Origin: Chrysomallon squamiferum
Lineage: Eukaryota; Animalia; Mollusca
Reading direction: 5' to 3'
DNA length: 64,000 nt
Assembly (NCBI GenBank): GCA_012295275.1
Contig: CM022672.1
Coordinates: 18,290,001-18,354,000 of the forward strand
Positions 56,980 through 64,000 of this stretch are shown piece after piece (within the stretch, counting starts at the first letter, position 1; each line of letters begins with the position of its first letter). Below the pieces are notes generated by a model that ran no database searches, was not told where the DNA came from, and saw only the letters and a program-made list of their open reading frames with translations. A program made the translations under genes and the position numbers.

Positions 56980-59900
56980 GACGCACACATGCTGACAGAC
57001 ACATACAAACACATACACACAAATACCTATTTCTCTCATATCATCACCAAACGCTGTGTTTATTTATTGTTACTGAGACAAATCCTTCCTCAGTTTGGGT
57101 TGTTAATAGAAACGTCAACTGATCATAGCCGCATTGTCTTCTCCAGTACCATGTCGAGGATACAGTTATCTCTGTCGATGGCTTTCAGTCGTAATGTTAA
57201 GAACAATCTAATTTTGTTGATAAAGCTGTATACTTGTTTGTCTTCACTGTGGAAATCATACCATTAGAGATCCGGGGATTTAATGATGTGGCCGATGCAA
57301 TGGATTCTAAGATCGATTCTTTGTTGATGCGTTATTTTTGGTTTTATGTTAAAGGTACTGAAAATTATAGGTATAAAATTGCTGTTGCTTACTTCATTAT
57401 TAGCATCACCATCACCGTCATCATTATCACATTATGTACAATAAACTCGATTAAAAAAACACGATACAAACACATACACACAAATACCTGTTGCTCTCAA
57501 TAGGTAACATGTTGAAAATTCATTTTTAATGGGAAAACGATGAAAAAAAAAAAAAAAAAAAAAGCCGTTAATTTTCTGGTTTCAGGACAGAAAGTTGAAA
57601 ATATCATATTTCCCTGCATTGATTAAATGAAATACAGTTTATATATCTTACATTGATTGTCTTTTTCTTTATTAAAAAAAAATATATATATATATATCAT
57701 TGTTTGTATTGTCTCTTCCTCTTTGTATTTTCTATTGTTTCGTGGTTTATTGATGTCATTACATATTTGTTCATTGTAGTTAGCAATACGTGCAAAGAAA
57801 AGGTATACAGATAGAAATACAGATGTAGATCACTGGGTCATCGTTAATATGTATCAAACTGAAGGAAAATCTCTTGTAAATAAAACCTCGTACAAAAAAG
57901 TGAAATTATTGCACTTGCTGGTTCATAATTAGAAAGATTATTATATATTATATTCGTTGAAATGTATATAGCATTCATCTTTAGTTGGTAGCAGGTGCTC
58001 TAGAATTTTTTTTTACTTACTTACTAAATTAATTAATACTAATAACAATTATGGTAATAATATAAAAAATGAATAATTAAATGATGATGACGACGACGAC
58101 GACGATGATAATAAAATTTTACTACTACTACTACAAATATATAAATCGTTTGAAAATTGCAAAAAGCAATTAGTCGCAATTTCTTTAAAAACCAATAGCG
58201 GCGTATTCATGTGTACCTTTCAACAGACATCCGCTAACATTTGTCCAGTCTACTTGGACGAACTTGACCAAGTCCGAAAAACAAATTTATTAAAGTGAAG
58301 AACTCGTCAAAAATGGCGTCAGATCAGCGTACCTCGACGTCTGTGTAAACGTTGGGAACAATTGGAAAATACTTTTGAGGTTTATAAACGTATTAAAATC
58401 AACAAAACGAAGAGCTAATGGTTACACAAGTTCCGACATCCTTTACAGTTTAATACAGACTGTGTGTTATAGTCACAGACTGATATCGGTTACTGCTTCA
58501 TCAAGTCTGGTCACTTTGTTTTCCGAGTTTATTATTATTTCATCGATATTGATAACTGGTTATGATTGTGTTTACTTTTTTTTTTACGGATATTGGTTTT
58601 ATCTTTGTCATTAAAATTTTGCACTGATATTGATGATAAGTTTGGGTTAAAGATGTACATTACTGTATGTTACAGATATTGGTTAACTTAATACAGTTTT
58701 AACGATATTTGTTTAAGTTTTATTAGTATTAATTTCAGTGATGTCCTTTGTGGAAGCTGCTTTACCGATATTAATAACTGTAACCTGGTTGTACTTGTTG
58801 TTTTTGTGGGGGTTTTCTCAAGTGTATTGAACTATCCTATCGCGTAATTCTGTAGAATCAAAGAAGTGATATTTCCCTCCCATTGTTGTTATGCTTATCA
58901 ACACCAGAATAATTTGTTTTGAGGTATCAGCTCAAAACTGTCATCATGCACTGATATAAAAACTATTATGGTAACAGTTATGAGGGAAATGAAAATGTCT
59001 TAGATATCGAAGGAAGCAAGACAGTGATTATTTCAAGGAGAAAAGCGCTTAACAAAAGACCTGAAAACAAGATAAGAAGGAAGGATTAAAAAAATAAATA
59101 AATAAATAAATGAATAAATAAACTCACAAAATTAAAGAAACAACAGAAAAAAATATATATATACATATATAATAATAATAATCATCATCATAATCATAAT
59201 AAGAAGGAAATAAATAAAGTAAAACTAGTGATATAAAGAAATATATATATATAAAAAAAAAAAAAAAACCAAACACCACAAACGGAAAAATAAATTATCC
59301 AATTCCAATTCATCAATTTTCTCTATTTTGGTTGTTTAAGAACGTTAATTAGATTTTTTCTCTCTTACGTCTAAGTATATATATATTTTTAAAAAAAAAC
59401 TCATCAAACTTCTCAAGTCTCCGCGGTTCAAAGGAAAAATCATCACAGTTCACACAACTCAACAATAATACAAGCAATGACTCTTCCAGATATCTCATCA
59501 TAGATAGTCATTACGTTAAAGCGCAAAATGCTAAGATTTTGTAGGCACCGAAACGTACTGTTGTATTCGAATCTGGAACTCGTCCAAAGCACTGTAACGT
59601 TGACTTGTTGGAGGCGGAAGTTTTCAAAGTGTTACTCAGAACAGTGTCATTATTATGAAGTGGCTGTGTCAGCAGACAGTCTGAAACGTCTGTGCAATTC
59701 TCTGGTGTTGGCCAAAATGTGTTAATTTTGTAATGTGTGTGCTCCACGACTGCAGAAACGACTGGGATGAAATATGAAGTTTCCTGTTATGCGAGGTAGA
59801 GTGATGATAGTGTTAAAGAGAGTACATTTTGTTTATTTTGCAAGATGAAAGTAACCCCAGAACCCATTGGAGTTTAAAAAAAAAAAAAAAAAAAAATTAA

Positions 59901-60895
59901 ATAATCTGTTATGCCGTCCTAAAATTGAATATAATGACGTGTTTGGACTTTTATATATGTATTTGTGTGTGTATATGTGTCTAAACACACGCATACTCAC
60001 ACATATGTGGATGGGCAGATTATTTAAGTGTGTATGTGTCTATGTTTTTGTGGATGTATGGATAAATGGGGGATTGGCTGATAAGATGTCTGTGTCTGTC
60101 TTTCTGTGTGTATATTACTTCTATACTTGTACGTACGTATGTATGTATGTATGTATGTATGTATGTATATATGTATGTACCTTACAAACTTTAAATCTTT
60201 AACTTAACTATTACACAACCTCAGATATAGATAATCCTACTGTGACTTATGGTTATATAACTAAAGATTTTCTCTGTGACTAATAATTAAACTAGCTTCA
60301 CTGAAAGCAGAGCTGTTTAGTCTTTAACACGGAGATTTGACGAATGTTTAATTACGTTTTTCCATTCCTTGTTTTAACTTTACAAGTCAGCACCGCTTAG
60401 AAACTGTAGCCTTTTGTTAGCAAAGAAAAGACGTTTACATAACGGCGTCGGCAACATCAATGTTTGAGCGAAACGATGTAGTAGGTTGCGTTAAGTCCAC
60501 TGCATTCCGCTACAGCGAGCACGTTCACGACGTCTGCTCGATCAGAACAAAGTCACGACAACACGCTAGACGTTTCTCTCTAGCTTTTCACAGATATGTC
60601 AGCAGCAAGCAAATGTGTAGGGTTTTTTGTGGAGGTTTTTTGTGGGCTTTTTTTAGTCGCATAAATCGTTAGCAATTCAACTTTTGCTGAAAGAACGTCA
60701 GTTCAGAATTTAATACACGGTTAGCTGAAGTCGTTTTCATCATGGCTGTGTATTTTCATTTGACGTTTATGCACAAAACTTTGGGGCGCAGTTTATTAGG
60801 ATAATAGTATGCTTTTTTTTTTGTTGCTGTTATCTGTATGCTGATAACGATGTTGTTCTAATGCATGATATGGAAGCTATAACAGGCAAACAGGC

Positions 60896-60990
<95 letters not shown>

Positions 60991-61932
60991 CACACACACA
61001 CACACACACACACAGAGAGTAATAACAGCAAATTAGTAGAAATATAGCAGTGAGAACAACAGTAGCTGTATGATAGCAGCTATCACGATATCAACTCAGT
61101 TTCAAATTTTCAGAACGTTCATTCTCAAACTGTTTTTATATTTCCATCAAGCTAAAAACACTACAGAATGGGGAGACTGCATTGCCTGCCTACAGTGAAA
61201 ATTAAAAATTATACAACCAAAGATGTACAGTAACTGAACTGATAAAAAAAATCTTTAAGACTATTCGAAAGAATATTGATGGAGCAGAATATAATTCAGT
61301 GTTTGAAGACGAGAATTTAGTCGTGGCGAATTTTTATATTTTCTCTGTTTAGAGCCACAAAAAATATCCATCGTGAAACAAAGAGCCCATCCTACGTTTG
61401 TATAACAGTGATGACGATCTAAGACGAATGTTCCCGAATAAATACGTTTCTGTCAGTGTTTATCTAACGCTATCACCCGCCAAATAACACTTAAGCCACA
61501 AAAGATCAATTACGACAAACAATTCTCTTGAAAACAAGACGAAATTAAACGATCAACCCACTTATGACGTCATCGACACTTTTACGGACATTTTCGATGT
61601 TGACAGTTCGGTAAGGCAATCAAACGTTCGAAGATTCCGCGTGTTTGCAGCCACGAAAATAAAAATGTATGTATTCACAAGGGCGCTCGCTCTCTTATTT
61701 CACGTGTCACAGAGAAGCTTTCTCTGTGTATAGTTTTGACAGCAGATAATGAGAACCCTGCGCAACGTTGACGTTTATTAGTCTTGTCGAAACGTTTAGC
61801 CAACAGTTAGTAGGCACTTCAGATCTGCGTTACCTTCCTTCACGCAGTGATTCACATGGTTATATATTTCTATTAGAGAGAACGGTATTACAGTCTCAAT
61901 ATCAGTCTGTGTGTGTGTATTTCTGTATTTCT

Positions 61933-62190
61933 GTATGTATGTATGTATGTATGTATGTATGTATGTATGTATATATGTATGTTATGTATTTATGTAAGTC
62001 TATATATGTATGTTATGTATGTACGTAAGTATATATATGTATGTATGTATGTACTATGTATTTATGTATGTATATATGTATGTATGTATGTAAGTATATG
62101 TATGTATGTTATGTATGTACGTAAGTATATATTTGTATGTACGTAAGTATATATAGTATGTATGTATGTATGTATGTATGTATGTTATGT
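61933..62190. repeat. Degenerate (TATG)n tract
   Basis: Directly visible. Confidence 0.9.
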
Positions 62191-63215
62191 ATCTACAGAT
62201 AGAGATAAAGACATATGTACATGTACATATCTTTCTGTTTCTCCGCCTGCCGCTCTGTCTGTCTGTCCATCTGTCTGTCTTTCTCTAGATATGTATATCC
62301 ACGCGTGCCTATTACCTGCTTTCCTATTTGTCTCTCCACATCTCTGCATGTCTGTCTGTGTACAAGCTAATAATCTATCAGTTTATCTGTTCTCGATAAC
62401 GTTTATAAATCTATATTCACTCATTTTATATTCTTCCAAACTTCGGCCGTTGCAGTTCTTTTTTCCATATGTTTCTAATCATGTCAGAGTATTAGGCAGT
62501 AAATCCCTGAGTGCAATGCAACCCCAGACAATCCATTTAGATATAAACTTTTCTTTGCCGTATTCAAGATAATGTATCTTCTGCAGTGTTAAAGAAAAAT
62601 GCTGCTGCTGCTGCTGGGTGCACCTGAAGTTTATCAGACATCTACGACGGTGACACTTGATATGTTTACGAGAACACTGGCGCCAGAGATTTGTTTCGTA
62701 ATATTTTTTAAAAGGTACGTTTAATTTTTTTTTTGTTTTAATTTTATTTTTACGAAATACATTAACCGCGAAAGCTACCAAACGTAATCGAAACGATGTT
62801 TAATATCGTAGCCGATAATAAGACTGTCGTAAATCTAATCGTTTCTTGTTTATAGAGTGAGTTTGTTGGTGTAATAGTTAAAAAAAAAAAAAAAAGAGAA
62901 ACGATGGGTTAATTAAGTGCACGTTTAAAATTAGTCGATATTATCATCAATAACCTATCCATTTTTCTGAGCGATAAGGGACGTGTAGTCAATGCTTGTT
63001 GAAAAATGTTTAGACGAAGAGAGAAATACGTCGATTGTTTTCTTTATACGTAGACTGTTGAATGGTTTACTGTGTAAATTGTTACGTACGTACTTAAACA
63101 GATACTTACACATATAAATTATATATATATGCTTTTGTGCTTGGGTATAATTGTTTATATATCTATTTATCTATCGATATTTATGTGTGTGTGTGCGTCT
63201 ATTTATAATTATATG

Positions 63216-63250
<35 letters not shown>

Positions 63251-63625
63251 GTGTGTGTTTAATGGATATAGATCCATTTTTGGCTCAGCTGAGTTTCATA
63301 CATTAACAGTGATTGCTTAATGAAGACAAACCTAATTAGTTGTAAAATCACTGACACACGATAGCAAAGAACCACTCAGTGTTTATTGATAATGCGATGT
63401 TTGTGGTAATTAAATATACATTGATATATCTGTGTGTTCTGTCTGTTTTATTAAAAAAAATGTGTTTAGTAAAATATGTTAGTGTTTAAAAAAAAAAAGT
63501 TTTTATATACACGTTAAGATAGATTCACAGCATTATATTTAACTAATTAAAAATATAATAACAACAACAACAACAACAATAATAATAATAATAATCATAA
63601 TGATAATAAAATACATTTTTTGATT

Positions 63626-63679
63626 ATAAATCTTGGTTATGGAATAATAAAAAGATATTATTTCATAACCAAGATTTAT
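63626..63679. repeat. Near-perfect 23-bp inverted repeat with 8-nt loop
   Basis: ataaatcttggttatggaataat - aaaaagat - attatttcataaccaagatttat, with one G:T wobble. Confidence 0.9.
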
Positions 63680-64000
63680 TTTCTAAAAATTTATTTTATT
63701 ATCTTTATCACTATTATTATTACTATTATAGATAACTCAAAATAAATCATAAAAATAAATTGTCAATATTTCAATGGCTGAATCGGTATCGTGTATCAAA
63801 TGTACTTCTTGTTTCGCCGCTGAGAAATACTAACTATCTGAAAGGCAAATTGACTGAAGTGTAATTGGGATGTCATTATGATCTATTGCAGTTTCTGGCT
63901 CGCATAACCGCAACAGTTAGTTAAATAATACAACACAGACGCCAGGCGGAATTAACTTGGCTATTTGTGAGGCGTATACTCAAAAGCACGGGGAACTCTC

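Overview
AT-rich, microsatellite-dense animal genomic DNA. It is probably an invertebrate, and the repeat types suggest a mollusc or other lophotrochozoan (inference). The only protein-coding sequence I can identify with confidence is the 3' end of a proteasome beta-5 family gene (PSMB5/8-like, + strand): three exons at 270-299, 786-990 and 1591-1691, then a 3' UTR. The remaining ~61 kb contains no recognisable conserved coding exon. It holds simple repeats, small local duplications, decayed TE fragments (RTE-like LINE 3' end, hAT-like MITE, tRNA-like SINE), several CpG-rich enhancer-like islands and a candidate Inr-type first exon at ~14.4 kb. The most unusual element is a GC-rich island at ~54.6-55.1 kb. 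It is open on both strands, has splice signals on both strands, shows non-LTR reverse-transcriptase-like motif spacing in the + frame, and lies between ~110-120 bp direct repeats. Nearly all ORFs in the supplied track are microsatellite artefacts. I cannot demonstrate a new biological system from sequence alone; the candidates are ranked below.
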